Below, one piece after another: positions 13,201-25,098 of a DNA stretch of 64,000 bases. Source of the DNA: Hyphochytrium catenoides (Eukaryota > Protista > Hyphochytriomycota); the NCBI GenBank assembly GCA_900088475.1, contig FLMG01003874.1, positions 1 through 64,000 of the forward strand, written 5' to 3'. The translations under genes were made by a program, and so were the position numbers. Numbering within the stretch: position 1 is the first letter of the stretch; the number at the start of each line of letters is the position of its first letter. The notes under the pieces were generated by a model. The model was given only the letters and a program-made list of their open reading frames with translations. It was not told the origin of the DNA and made no database searches.

Positions 13201-15101
13201 AGACAAGGCTGGGGACATAGGCTTTCCTAAACTAGCTTCACCACCCAACCAGCGGTTGTCTTGTCCAATACTCTATGTCCTTCTCCCCTCGTCCTGGCTG
13301 CTTCGGATATTAACTGTGTCTTCCCTAGGTCTGATGTGACCATCATCAACCTCTCAATGATGTCGTACCCATGGTTCAGGGAGTACCATGAGCTATATCA
13401 AAATATAACCTTCCCTGGCTCTCACCTTGTCTCCAGCCATCTACGGCAGGTATTAACCTTGCATGAAGCCAACATTTTGCCACCCTGACAATATCGGTCT
13501 TGTATGTCATACCGATGAAAGTGCAGTCTTGCATAGCTCCGAATTGCGGTCCGTTTGATGTTGGCCTTTCTTGGGCAACTTATAACCTCTTTTTTCGTCT
13601 ACTTTGTAGGCACGAGAATTCTCGGGCTTCACATTCCGAGAACTGATCGAGGCAAACACGCACGTGGTAGAGTCGCCTGGCGTTTTCCTAGGTGGCAAGT
13701 TAGCACATGATGACGGCGGTGTCACTGAGAAGTTCGACTATGTGCCACTAGGGCTAGCGAAAAGAGTAGGATCCCTTATCATCACCCTCACTTCCTATAT
13801 TTGAATTGTTGACAGGGATTTACTTTTTGTTTCCGCTCTAAGTTCCATCTTCGTTTCCTCGACTGAGCGTCCCTTCCTTAACGCCGTCGATCCTCTATGC
13901 TTGGGTAGTCCCTCTGTTCTCCAGCGGCTGACCCCGTCGCTGTCACTGACCATTGGCGCAGGTAATGCATCAGGAAGCCGTACCGTCCTTGAAGAACTAT
14001 CAAAAGCAGGCAGGGGTCGCCTGGAAGACAGTCCATAAGCACCTCAGAGAACTTCCTCCGCCGGACCTTTATAGCGAAGAAACCTGGGAGTACACAGTGG
14101 TAAGATTCCCTAACAAAACTTGTGAAAGAGCCATTGCATTTTCATTTCAACCCGAAGACCGAGAGGAGAGTGACTAACGCGTGTAAGAGAAAGATGGAGT
14201 CGATGTGGTAGTGAGAAGCATTCCAGGCTAAGCCATCTTGCAGGCAAGGGACTACCACATGTTACTTGGCGACCAGGGTGCATTCCAGCTACAGCAGGCT
14301 TTGGCTCTCCCTTCTCCTCCCCTCTCGATTGTTTTAGATAGTGCTCTTACCTTTGAGCGCATTATCAAGGGAGAGCCGTCCCATTTCGTTCCTGACTTTA
14401 TGTACAAAAACTTGGTATGTTATTCGAGGGCGTATCTAGGTCTTGCTAGATAAGCGCAGCAGCGTAAAGGAACTTGACTGTGGTCACAATTTGTGCTGTC
14501 TTTTTCAGTGGCCGGTGGTTGACCCCCGACTTGCAAGGCACTGTCGGTTCCCTTGTTTCCCTACATGCCTTTTACACTCTTTTACTTGCCGTCGTTGAGT
14601 TGTTCTCTCTATTGCCCTATCTCGATCCACCACCTGTTAACCTGTTTCCATCTTACTCAATTCTATCGCTATTCATAGGGCTTGGCCTATGGTCATCTAG
14701 CTCGGAGCTCAGAACCGCTGAGCCCCAAAGACCAAGATAGAATTTTGGCAGAGATCAAGAATACTAAGATCCCTCCAACAGCTGAGTGAGTGGCTGTGGC
14801 AGCAATGGCAGACTCTGAGTTACACTCTTCTAGACATTTTGTCCAAATGCTCCTCTTTCGTCGCTGTTGACTATTCTCACTGCTCCTGGCTACTTCTGTC
14901 CAAGTGCTGACCATTCGTTCCTTGTATTATTGCTGCTCGTCATATCCAAGTTGGAGGATACAGCTGACCGGTCGCTTGGTGGAGGTCTGGAGTCATTGGC
15001 TGCGACAAGACAGTGCGAAGGCAGACCCGTCATATGAGTCGGTGAAGGAGATGACTAAGGGTGTCAAAAAGGCTTTAAAGAGTGCTCTGAAGCGGAGATG
15101 A
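10273..15101 (+). CDS. TMEM260: TMEM260/DUF2723-family multipass protein (putative protein O-mannosyltransferase, GT-C fold), about 18 exons
   Basis: Spliced motifs 'YPSIPGGDSGELVAEG..LGIAHPPGYPL', 'AEVFALNNFF', 'GLALTNQHT', 'YLYLP..WGN', 'DYGTFRL', 'RFWQQPN', 'RYVQRCEGFRSDV'; about 17 GT-AG introns. Confidence 0.9.
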
Positions 15102-15216
15102 GCGCCATTTAAGGTTCCTGCTATTAAGACTGCATGAGACTCAAAGTCCATGAATCTTCGAGCAATAAATTAAAGAGCAGTTAGAACTATGTGGCATAAC
15201 GACAATTTCTGTGGTG

Positions 15217-16748
15217 CTAGTGGGCGTTGGAGATGAGTAGGACAAAGATGGTAATGATCAGGCAAACTGAGAAGAGGCACCACAACTGGCACTTCAAGCT
15301 GGTTCCTGTCCGCTGCTGTGCCTTTTGAAGCTCTTGCAAGCCCAGATTTGCTGTCTCTTTTCCTTCATGAACCTGCGCCTCAATCGTATCTGCCGGACAA
15401 GGATGAGCAAGGGTGAGCCAAGAAAAACAAGAGTCCAAACCTATTCCCTCTCTGTTTCTGCGTTCAGCTCTTCTCCTTCTCTCTCTCTTCTGCCAGATCC
15501 TGTCCTTTGCTACTAGGTGTCAGGGAAGTCGCTTGAATTTTCGCCATTGTCTTCTTCATCAAGAAGAATTCCCTGTTACTAGCTAATCTGTCTTTCCCTT
15601 ACCTATGTCGGCCTGCTGCTCTTTTACGATGCCCGCGAGCTGTGTAAAAATTCTATTGACCTCTCTGATGTTTTGCTGAACTTGAGCCATTCCTTCTCTT
15701 CGATCTCTAATAACATCCTGGAGGTACATTGTCTCCTGGTATTGGATACGTGATTCACTGCAAAGGTATATATTCACAATGTTGATAAGGGAAGCAGGGA
15801 AGGGCCACGAGGTCAGAAAGGATAGCTGCATCAGCATCTTAACCAGGAAAAGAAACATCACAATTGTAGCTTTTTGTTGGAAGGAAAGAAATAGGACACT
15901 TAAGCTACGTGCCAATATAACAACAAGTGACTAGACACGGTTAGAGAAGGGAAGGTGGACCGTACGCCATGAGCTTCTGCTCCTCTTCTAGCTGCTTCTG
16001 ACGTTCAAGCTCTAGTCTGTGTCGCTCCGCCGCTGTAGGTGTATGCGCAGCACAAGAGCTCTCTTTCCGTAAAGCGGAGTTGCTGACCTCCTGGAAGGCC
16101 CGCAGCTGCTTCTCGAAGTCCTTGACATATCTGTGCTGCTGGAGTTTGAACGCGGCCTGTCATTGACCGAGTACGGTGGATTTAGCAGACCTTGATAGTC
16201 ACAGAAGAAGGGTACATGTGGATCAGTTTAGTAGAGATGAGATCAAGAGGAATGAGCTAGCAGCGTAGATTACTTAGCCAGGTTGTGGTACCAGGTCGGT
16301 CTCAGAAAGGACGTTAGTTGGGGTCATCGCTATTATTCGCTTGGTAATGCTGTCGGCAAGGTTCTTTGCATATGCTATTGTCTTATGCCTGAGGAGCAAT
16401 GTCACGCGTCAGGCAGAAGTGAGTGATAAGGTACAGAGCTGCAGGAAGGTACGACGAAGAGCCTTTAAATTTGCCATTACATTCTTGCCCGCAGATCGAT
16501 GGTATCCTCCCAACCCCCAAGCTTTTTTTCATAGCCTGCAAGGGTAGTAGTGAAGCGCTGAAAGTCCTGAACCAGCTCTGGAATAGTGCGACTCTCATCA
16601 TCAATAGCCTCTTCTATTGAGTGCCGTCAGTAACGACAGTTTTCCCTTTCTCCTATAACTAAAGGCCCCTACCTAGAATGACCTCTCTTGGGGAGGTTCC
16701 TCGGCGGCCATAGTAGGTTTTACCTCCTTTTACATCAGCGAAACTCAT
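15217..16748 (-). CDS. Syntaxin 7/12 (Pep12/SYP2)-like Qa-SNARE, multi-exon
   Basis: Start 'MSFAD'; Habc region 'KLGGWEDTIDLRAR'; SNARE motif 'IRDRREGMAQVQQNIREVNRIFTQLAGIVKEQQADI/DTIE'; C-terminal TM 'LWCLFSVCLIITIFVLLI'. Confidence 0.88.
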
Positions 16749-17346
16749 CCTGGTACACTTCCCCACTCCGAAGCGCAATGTGTGACAGGATGTGATAATA
16801 GGACAAACCGCGGTACACCCACAGAAGCTTGATGATAAGCTCTAGTAGCCGATTGTGCCCTTAGGGTCTGGACAAACGTGACGCTTTCCCCCTAACATAA
16901 CCAGCGTGTTCAGATACTTCCCCCTGGTAATGAGCCAACCGTGGCCACAGCTTGACGGATTGACTCCTCCGCGCGTCCTCGAGAACTGACTGTCTGGTTT
17001 AGCTGTGGGTCCACGCCCACGACCACCGACGAGCGTCTCTTTCAAGGCCCGCGGGGTTAAGGCTTGCTTCTGAAGTTCCCTGCAGACAAATCTTCCCATA
17101 AAGAACTCGAGAGATGAGAATCTGGTTGTGGAAAAGCTGTTGGGATCATAAGCACGTCCCAGTCCTTCCCCAGGATTCCTTTTGGTCGTACAAAACCAAA
17201 CCCAAAACTTCAATCACTCCTCACCCATAAACTCGAACGTTTCTTTCGAGGTTGTTGAAGGATTCATAGCAGCTTTTCACACACTGTAAACCTCAAGCCG
17301 TATCTTTTCAATGTTTCCTTGAAACGTTTCATCACGTCAAGCTGTC

Positions 17347-17925
17347 TCAGTCACACTGAGGTGAGCTCACGTACACCTCTGTTCCTGGTACTACGTGTAC
17401 GCACTCCAGTCTGTTTCTATAGAGACACGACGTTCTGCGGTTTGATCCTAGAAGGGCGAACAGACAGAGAGGCAGAGAGCGAGAAGGAAAAGTATGGAAA
17501 TGGCTGGATAATGCATAGAGACAGAGCGCGGAAAGAGAAGAGGGAAGAAAGTTGATGATAGAGAGCTTCCCTCCTTGGCCATCATGGCTTGCAGCTTCTT
17601 CCCTCTTCCCCCACACTCCCAGACTTTTTGATGGATTGAGATTGTCGGCGGTGAAGTCATGGTCGTAGGAGATCTCTGCTGTCATTGAGGGCAGAAACCT
17701 AGAGGTCGTGGGCGCAGGGGAAGACTTTTCAGAAGGAGTTCGGCAAACAGGATCGTTGATACCAAGCTGCTTACGACTCTTGTCTTTGCTGGACTTGAGT
17801 AGAGCTAGGAGCAAGCTTTCGCCGTGAATGACTAAGCTTGGATGTTTTTGAGCATACTCGAACAACGTTGAGTTGTCTTCTGTGTAGGCGCTCAAGCGAG
17901 CTACAATTGGTTTCGGCATTGGCAA
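17347..17925 (-). CDS. Hypothetical protein, structure unresolved
   Basis: 192-aa ATG ORF divergent from PEX3; the first ~115 aa look protein-like, then it runs into a pyrimidine-rich intron-like tract; no family recognised. Confidence 0.3.
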   Translation of the reverse strand: MPMPKPIVARLSAYTEDNSTLFEYAQKHPSLVIHGESLLLALLKSSKDKSRKQLGINDPVCRTPSEKSSPAPTTSRFLPSMTAEISYDHDFTADNLNPSKSLGVWGKREEAASHDGQGGKLSIINFLPSSLSALCLYALSSHFHTFPSRSLPLCLFALLGSNRRTSCLYRNRLECVHVVPGTEVYVSSPQCD

Positions 17926-18017
17926 TTAGAAGTCTCCGTGAATCTCTGTCAGGCCTGCCGCAGGCCCTTCCTTGGAAAGTTAAGCGGACAGTGAAGTCAT
18001 TGGTATCCGCGTAAACC

Positions 18018-20241
18018 ATGTGGAACACAATCTGTAGCATCCGGCGCTCCTGTTGTGGCTGGATTGGGCGTCACAAGGCCCTGGTTGCAGTCAGTGCGGT
18101 CGCCGGAGTAGGACTTGCCGCCTACTGGGGAGTCAAAAAGGTAGTCAACGAAGCAGAGAGGATGACGATGGAGCTTCAACAGCAGTTTCTGGACCAGCAG
18201 AGGTTGAAAATGCCTTCTATCCTATCTATCGATGATTCCATCTAACTCTCAAACTGTACTCTGCGAAGACGATGATCCCCGTTTCTTCTATCCTGTGCAC
18301 TCTCGCTGAACCCGTTCTTCTCGCTATCTAACAGTTTGGGCTACCGCGATAACTCTGTCCTATCCATGCCTTCCTCTCTGCGTGCCCCGTTGCCGCTTGC
18401 TTCGATCCCTAAGGAAGATTGTTCAACTTGCTTGACAGCTATCCTCATTGTGCAGCTTCACAAATACTTAGACGCCCACTCTCTGTTTCCTCTCTGTCCG
18501 GGATGATGCTAATCCAATCATCCTTGTCTCAATCATAGCCCGTTCCCACTCTGATCTTTCTCACTCATAGGCTCAACCTCCACGTCACAAGGACTCGAGA
18601 AGAGTGCCTAAAGACGGTTATCAGATTTCTTCCTCTCCTCAGGAGCCGAATATTCCATCTTGTGGACGTGGACACACCCGTAAAGGAACTGCGAGGACTT
18701 AAGCGTCCAGACAGCAAAGAGCGGCAGTTTAAACTCTGGGAGGACATCAAAGTTCTGAGTATGCATATCTATTTTTTTAGCTTGGGGCTGCTTTCAGTAT
18801 TGTCTTGGTCACGTAGGACGCATTTTCTTCCTCCATGTCGGACCCTCTCGGTAGCGCCTTGGCTGTTTGTCTAGGTTCAATTTCACTTCGAGTCTTTAAG
18901 CGCCTGATCTGCCATGAACCATAGAAGTAACATAGCTCCGCTGCCAACAACGACTCTCTCGTTGGGCTTGCATTTGTCTAACTAGGCTTCACGCGGCTCT
19001 TTGTCAGTGTCTACGCGCTGACTCTTCTAAACCTGCTCTTATACGTGGAGATCCACATTTTGGGCAGATATTCCTACCAGGAAGCACGCATTAAGGCTAT
19101 GGACAAGGTAGACGCCTCAGCGAACCTTGTATTATGCTCCTGCTTCATCTTGTACTTTGACCCTTGTCAATCTCTCCCACTAATTTGACGAATGTTCTCA
19201 ATCTTCTAACCCAACTTCTCCCTCTTCTAGACTTCCCCGCAGAACCGGTTTGCGTCCTTGGCCCCAGAGTGTGAGCCACTTTCTACAGAAGCGCGACATA
19301 AGTTCCTCTCAAGCAGTGTAGAATACTTCTTAGGAGAAGGACTAGAGAATTTAGTAAAGCACATTAAGAAGCATGTTGAGGAGGCAAGCAAAGAGTAAGT
19401 GTGCCTCTAATAGGTGCTTGCGTTTACTGGTGGAACCTTCTTGGTGCTGCTTATGGCTGACTGACCCCTTTTGGATGTTAGCAATCTCATCAATTGTCCT
19501 TGGCTCCAGGTGGCGAGTGGAAACGAAGAGAGAAGTAGCACCTAAAGATTTGAAGCAGCTCTTGGATGCGATACGGAAAACAATAGAGTTCAGCGAGGAA
19601 AACACGGACATTCATCCTCTCCAGAGATTTATAATCTATATCCTTTCCACTCTAATTTTGCTCTTCCATCTCCCATTCATCACCTCAACCAAAGTAGGCG
19701 TCGTCACCGTATCCTTAACTCCCGTTGGCAGTACGTCCGAAGTCCGAAGGCGATGACAAGAGTTTGGAGAACCTTATGGAGCAAGCTTGGGGCGTTATCA
19801 AAAGGTACAGACGTACACTTTCTTCCGCGTTCTTGTAAGCCTAACCCAATATTTTGTCTCCTCGCATTCAGCCCCATGTTCCATCAAATACTCAGAGACA
19901 GTGATGACGCGGCCTTTGATGCCGCTTGGGCAGACCTGGTACATGTTGTCTACCCCAGCGATGTGACAGCATTCTCAAAAGATGAAGAGGAGAGAAAAGA
20001 AGGGTCCTCGTCGTCACCACCTTCGTCTGTCAGTCCGCGCAAGTACCTGGAGTCTCCAGTACACACCAACGATTACCCTGTCTTCGCCAAGGTTATCCCA
20101 CAGGTTAAACAGCTTGTCCCCCGAGTCCTGGGCGGACAAGATGATGAGCCCGCCAACAAATTCGTTAGACTCTACCACCATCTCAGCAGTGTTAACCTCT
20201 TCTGTGGTGGCATATTCACAGGAATGACGGCAGAGCAATAA
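18018..20241 (+). CDS. PEX3: Peroxisomal biogenesis factor 3 (peroxin-3), 7 exons, one intron apparently U12 AT-AC
   Basis: N-terminal basic segment plus TM 'GRHKALVAVSAVAGVGLAAYWG'; 'KLWEDIKVLS/FTRLFVSVYALTLLNLLLYVEIHILGRY'; 'LMEQAWGVIKSPMF'; 'PVFAKVIPQV'. Confidence 0.92.
19638..19734 (+). other. U12-type (minor spliceosome) AT-AC intron, 97 nt, in PEX3
   Basis: Donor ATATCCTTT at 19638, branch point TCCTTAAC at 19712-19719, AC at 19733-19734; removal restores the PEX3 frame. Confidence 0.85.
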
Positions 20242-20450
20242 TAATAAAGCCCTCATGGACTCTCCGGCATTGATGCATCATAACGAAGTCACTGCAACAC
20301 GTAGCTTGTCAATGTCCGTTGCCCTGGCGTTGAAGTTTCCTTATCCCCTGCGGCTTTCTTCTGCACGTGCCCTCACGCAAGTGATGATGGAGGTCCTTCC
20401 CTTCTCTAGTGTCAAAAGCCCGTTGCACTAAGGTGTCCAGAGAGTAGAGC

Positions 20451-23107
20451 CTAAAGCCATATTCTTGCTGCTTTATCTGTCTGATTAAAGAGAACCTGGT
20501 CGCACCGAAGAAGCAGCTCCAGCGTATCAATAGCTCGACTGATCCCGTGTCGCCTGACAGAGATCCGTTTAGTTTAACTGATCTGCCACAAGCTATATGA
20601 GCGACCTAGAAGGCTCACTTACCAGGAGAGCTCAGTATCCAGTGTATTCGGACAGAATAGCCGGGAAGACTTATCCTCGTCATCTGCTGCATCACCAAAC
20701 AGGTAATCCAAAGGAGAAATGGCTTCTTTCGTTGCCTCCTGAATAGAAGACCAAACTTCATCTGTCAGGAGCTCTAGAGCGAATTCCTCGCTTTGAGCTT
20801 TGCTGACAGGGTATATTGCTCGTGGTTCCATACCAGAAGACGCAAGAAGTCTGTCAAGTTCTTGTCTCTCCACACCTACGTTCACGGCTAGAGTACACAT
20901 TAGTTCTCGGAACGCCCCAGCCACTTCCTGCAGGACTCTGCCAGCCCTGAACTGGAGAAAGTGGGTTGTCGCTACCCTGTCCAATACTTTAGCGCAGGTC
21001 GCCTCCACCTTCCCGGCACCAGGAAGAACTCTCAGATCCTTGAAAGCTCTTTCTAGCCGGAGTAGGTAACGTCGGAGACGTCGTTCTTGGCGGCAAAAGA
21101 GCACTGGTGTCGGGGCAAAAAGAAGGATTGTGATGGGTAGTGGCTTTTTTGTCTCTTCTTCGTCAACACCAAAAGAAGATGATATCGCTCTGTCCTCCTC
21201 AGCATCGAAGACAAGGTAGAAGTCTGAGGCTACATGACTCCGTACATGAGCTCCGGTAGTCCATCGTTCCTCTTCCAGACTTCCCGCATGGATGACACTT
21301 AGCTGGGCGCCACGACCCAACAGCTTGTCGGTGACGTATTCCAGGTCTTCCACTATACACGTTCCTGTTACGTTGGCCACCTGCACCAAGACAACAGTGA
21401 GACAAGGTGAGGTGTGAGGTCTCAAGAATTCCCAAGACTCGTACTCACAGAGGAATTTAAAACAGCGCCAAAGGTGAAGGAAAATATGGCATTGATGAAG
21501 AGCTATTAACCTCCATAGAGGAAAATGACTTCCAGGGAGTGAGAGACTGCATACCGTCCTCATACTTGAAAGGTTAATAGAGCCTAGGCTAACTATCCCA
21601 AGCTCCATAAGATGGCCCTGCAGGGGTGAAGGGATAGTCCCGGTGCAAAGGATCAAATCTATCTTCAGCTTTGAGACCATTTGAGCTAAGACTCTGATGG
21701 CATGGAGGTCGGGATTAGGAGCGCTAGTAACCACAGGGCCATCAATTATAGCAACTCGGCGACAATAGCAAGAAAGGCCAGGCCGTGGAGGGGTCGACAT
21801 CGTGCTCTGCGCAGGTTCTTCACTTTTCCTGGGACCGCTTGTGCACAACTCCTGAGTCTTAAGTGCGGACTTCATGGCGTCTCTTACCGCGGCGAACTCT
21901 GTCCGGTCTAGCGGCAGGACAATACCACGCAATAGGCGATGGGAACGGCACTTCATATCTTCTACTTCCCAGTCCGCATGCTGAGGACCCTGTAAGCCCA
22001 TGATAGAGATAAGAGAAGAGTGGAAGTGCTGCACTTGGGTCAGTCCTCTCGTCGATATAAAGAAGCCCTCCATCGCAACCCTGAAGAGGAAACCCATGGA
22101 CGGGCGGCTCTGGTGTTCCTGTTGGATACTAAGTGAACTCTAGTTAGAACAAAGCTGGCCAATCACAAATTGGTAAAGAGTAGTTAGGGTGCTAAACTCA
22201 CATTGCCTTGCCTACATGCTGCAAGCCGAACCCCAGCCACGCGAACTGTTCCAAGAGACGCTCGTAGGCGTCGGTAGCTTGGAGCCGGTCAGCATCTCGT
22301 TTATTCGGCTGGTGGTCTCTAGTGTCATCCTGGTGGTGTAAGGGCGTTTCCTCCACGGCGTTCCCCTGGGAAGTGGCCGTTGCAGTGTGCTCATCAAAGA
22401 ACCAAGCGCACTCCTCATCGTCCTCAAACTGATCGGCCTGCAGACTCTCTGTGGTGCTATCAGGCGTCACTGCGGCATGCTTTATCTCTCCCTTATCCTG
22501 AGCTTTTGGCGAGAGGGCTGGTACAGGTATTGTCAACTCAAGGCACACTCTATGACAAATTGCCTCAGAGAGACGTAGTCCTTGAATAATAACATGTCTG
22601 GAGGCCGAAGGGCAGTCAGCGTCGTGGAGAGAGCTCCAAGTTTAAGCACTGATTAGTGACCTGGGATAGCCCTCCTCAAGAAGAGCGAACGCCGCTCGGC
22701 TCAGTAGTCCAATCAGAACTGCCAGAGTAGTCGTGCCCTATACAAAGCTAGATTCTAAAAAGGTGCAATGCGCAACGAGGATAGGAAAGAGTTATACCGT
22801 GCCAATACTGTCTTCGTAGGCCTGGAGAGTCTCTAGTACGATGTCCTTAGCGAGAGAAGGGGTCCGCAGGTGGCTGATAATCTCAAGAGCGTCAGAAGAC
22901 CAGATCCAGTCGTTTTCGTCACCTAGGTAACAAGTGAGCACAGAGGCTCTGGCGGGACAGGTGAAGTGAATGTCTAAACCAGCAGGTCGTACCATTTATA
23001 AACTTAGCAGAGTCCGCTGGTCCTCTGAGACTTTGCACAGACCGCCCGAGAATTTCTGCTGCTCTTAGTACCTGCCGAGTCGAGACGCCGTCGACAGCTA
23101 CGTTCAT
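20451..23107 (-). CDS. BBS12: Chaperonin-like Bardet-Biedl syndrome protein, BBS12-like, multi-exon
   Basis: 'LGRSVQSLRGPADSAKFI', 'LETLQAYEDSIGT/GTTTLAVLIG', 'DLILCTG', 'RVLPGAGKVEATC', last exon 'RHGISRAIDTLELLLRCDQVL'; this is a divergent TCP-1/cpn60 fold with a BBS12-like N-terminus. Confidence 0.72.
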
Positions 23108-24036
23108 TGGACCTTTCTAATAGCTGCTGCTGGTGCCACTATCAACCGACTCACGCCGCCAGCAAGACAAACCGTCCAAACAGCTGCCGCTGAGCAGAGC
23201 TCCATCAGCCTCATCAGCTCCTCACTCTGGGCCTCCCCTTTGAGCATGATGACACCTACCTTCCTCTCTCACAAAGATTCGCTGTTTCTTGATTGACCAT
23301 CAGCAGACCAGCAGAAACGATCCACCACAGAAAAAATCCTTTGTAGTGATAACTTCCGCGTTCTGATCAGTAATAGACCCATAATGGGAAGTAGTATTCC
23401 TAACTAATTGCTAGATTATCCGAATAGTCTCGATGGTTGATGGGCTTGATCGATCGTGATCACAAAATCCTCTCTAAGAACCCGTGGGTTTTGGACGAAC
23501 AGTGCCTGGGTTGCAAGCTGCCACTGAGTTCCTTCTGCTGTTCGCTCCTCTTCGTCCTGGAACGTATGCGACAGTTCTCCAGTGAGCGGCTCGAGCTCAG
23601 TCTAAGCTAAAGCTTTTACGTCTTCTGCCCGCCGCCCAGGTGTCAAGGTTTCCATGATGGTACTCGTAGCAGCATCACTCCGCTTGGCCTGGCATTATTC
23701 CATTTCCTCTTGTTTCCCACCATTGTGTGTCCATCAGGCCGCTCTTTCCAGTCCCTTGTCCCGTGGCTGTCTGGGTATAAGTAAAGTTTATAAAAGCTAC
23801 CTTATGAGTCAGAGTATACGAAGGTTTACATGTGACCGGTAGCTAAGATAGTCAAGCGAAGGCCTTGGTGGGACTGCTGCCCTTCCTCAGATTGGGCTTT
23901 CCTACATTCGAGCAGAAGCTGAACGTCAGACTAGCTTATTGAGAGGTAACCTAAGCTTGAGTGGCACTATCAGCAGAGAATTAGGTTCCTGAAGATTACT
24001 ACTGTTTGGAAGGAAATACACTAGTCATCGCCATAC

Positions 24037-25098
24037 ATGGTACCAACGGCCTATTCACCTTCGGCGCCTTGCCTTGGAACTCCCCCCGTATCTCAGGCCA
24101 CCTCAGCCCTACAGAGCGGTGAACAACATCCGATTCCGCTGTCCGCTCAACCTGCTGTGAACAGCTACTATCATCGTTATGCTGATGATACATATGTTCC
24201 GTGGCGTGACCGCTCACCGTCGTCCTGTGGATGGTACTGGCGAATCATTCTGCCAACAGAAGCTTCTCAACCGTTAGCACTGCAAAAGATCAAGACTGTT
24301 GCCTCGTCGTTCGCTCCGGCATACTCTCTCTTAGGGATGAGGTGTCTCCTTTTCTGGAGATTAGCAGTGATGCTTTACTTTACTGTCATTGGGATCCTCT
24401 GGTCGTGGTCAATTTACTGGACGGATGGACCCATCTACCCGCCAGTCTACCTAACCAATTGGGGGGCCGTTGTCACGGCATTGTACTGGGGTCTGGCACT
24501 TGCAAACTCAGTGCATAGCAAATATTCCCTGTCAGTAGCTCAATGGCAGTATGATCCTCACGCTCCTGAAGGACCGAACACGTGGTGGTGGCTTTGCGTT
24601 CTTCAGATCTTTCTCTTTGAATTGAGCTTGGTGCTTGAGACCCTCATTACGGTCCTTTACTGGGCCTTCGAAAGCTCTGACTCATGTACTCTCGACTGCA
24701 TTACAGTCCACGGCCTTGGATTGGCGTTTCTCCTCATCGAGCTGTTCGTTTCTCGGACGCCATTCCGGCCCCGCCATGTAATTCTCACAGTGATCTACCC
24801 TATTCTCTGGGTGGCTTCTCAGGCTGTCTGGGTCCATACAGATCATGTTGCAGCGTACAAGAGTCTTTCGATGCGGGACGGCATGAGTGCTCTAAAGGTT
24901 ATTGGTGGACTGGTGGCATTCGTGATCGTCCACTTCCTCTATGTGCCAGTTGTTAGGGTTCGAGACCATTTCTGCTGCGGGCGGTTCTATATAGCGGATG
25001 ACATCAAAGACTTACAGCAGAAGGGCGAGGAAGACTCAAGAGGACCAAGAGAAGACTCTGAACTGGCAACTCAGACGTTTGATGCTGGTGCTGTTTAG
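24037..25098 (+). CDS. FAR-17a/AIG1 / rolling-stone-like multipass membrane protein, single exon
   Basis: 353-aa ORF with about 6-7 TM segments; 'YLTNWG', 'ITVLYWAF', 'TVHGLG', 'IELFVSRTPFRPRHV'. Confidence 0.75.
   Translation: MVPTAYSPSAPCLGTPPVSQATSALQSGEQHPIPLSAQPAVNSYYHRYADDTYVPWRDRSPSSCGWYWRIILPTEASQPLALQKIKTVASSFAPAYSLLGMRCLLFWRLAVMLYFTVIGILWSWSIYWTDGPIYPPVYLTNWGAVVTALYWGLALANSVHSKYSLSVAQWQYDPHAPEGPNTWWWLCVLQIFLFELSLVLETLITVLYWAFESSDSCTLDCITVHGLGLAFLLIELFVSRTPFRPRHVILTVIYPILWVASQAVWVHTDHVAAYKSLSMRDGMSALKVIGGLVAFVIVHFLYVPVVRVRDHFCCGRFYIADDIKDLQQKGEEDSRGPREDSELATQTFDAGAV

Noticed and set aside
18202-18570. C/D-box snoRNA in the long first PEX3 intron
   Set aside because: Only imperfect C-box-like words (CGATGA, ATGATGC) are present, with no terminal stem or recognisable rRNA guide.
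21381-21554. Stop-free 3n introns (also 3071-3127, 4329-4394, 55200-55277) as programmed intron retention
   Set aside because: With many short introns at about 50% GC, several such cases are expected by chance. They merely inflate the ORF track.
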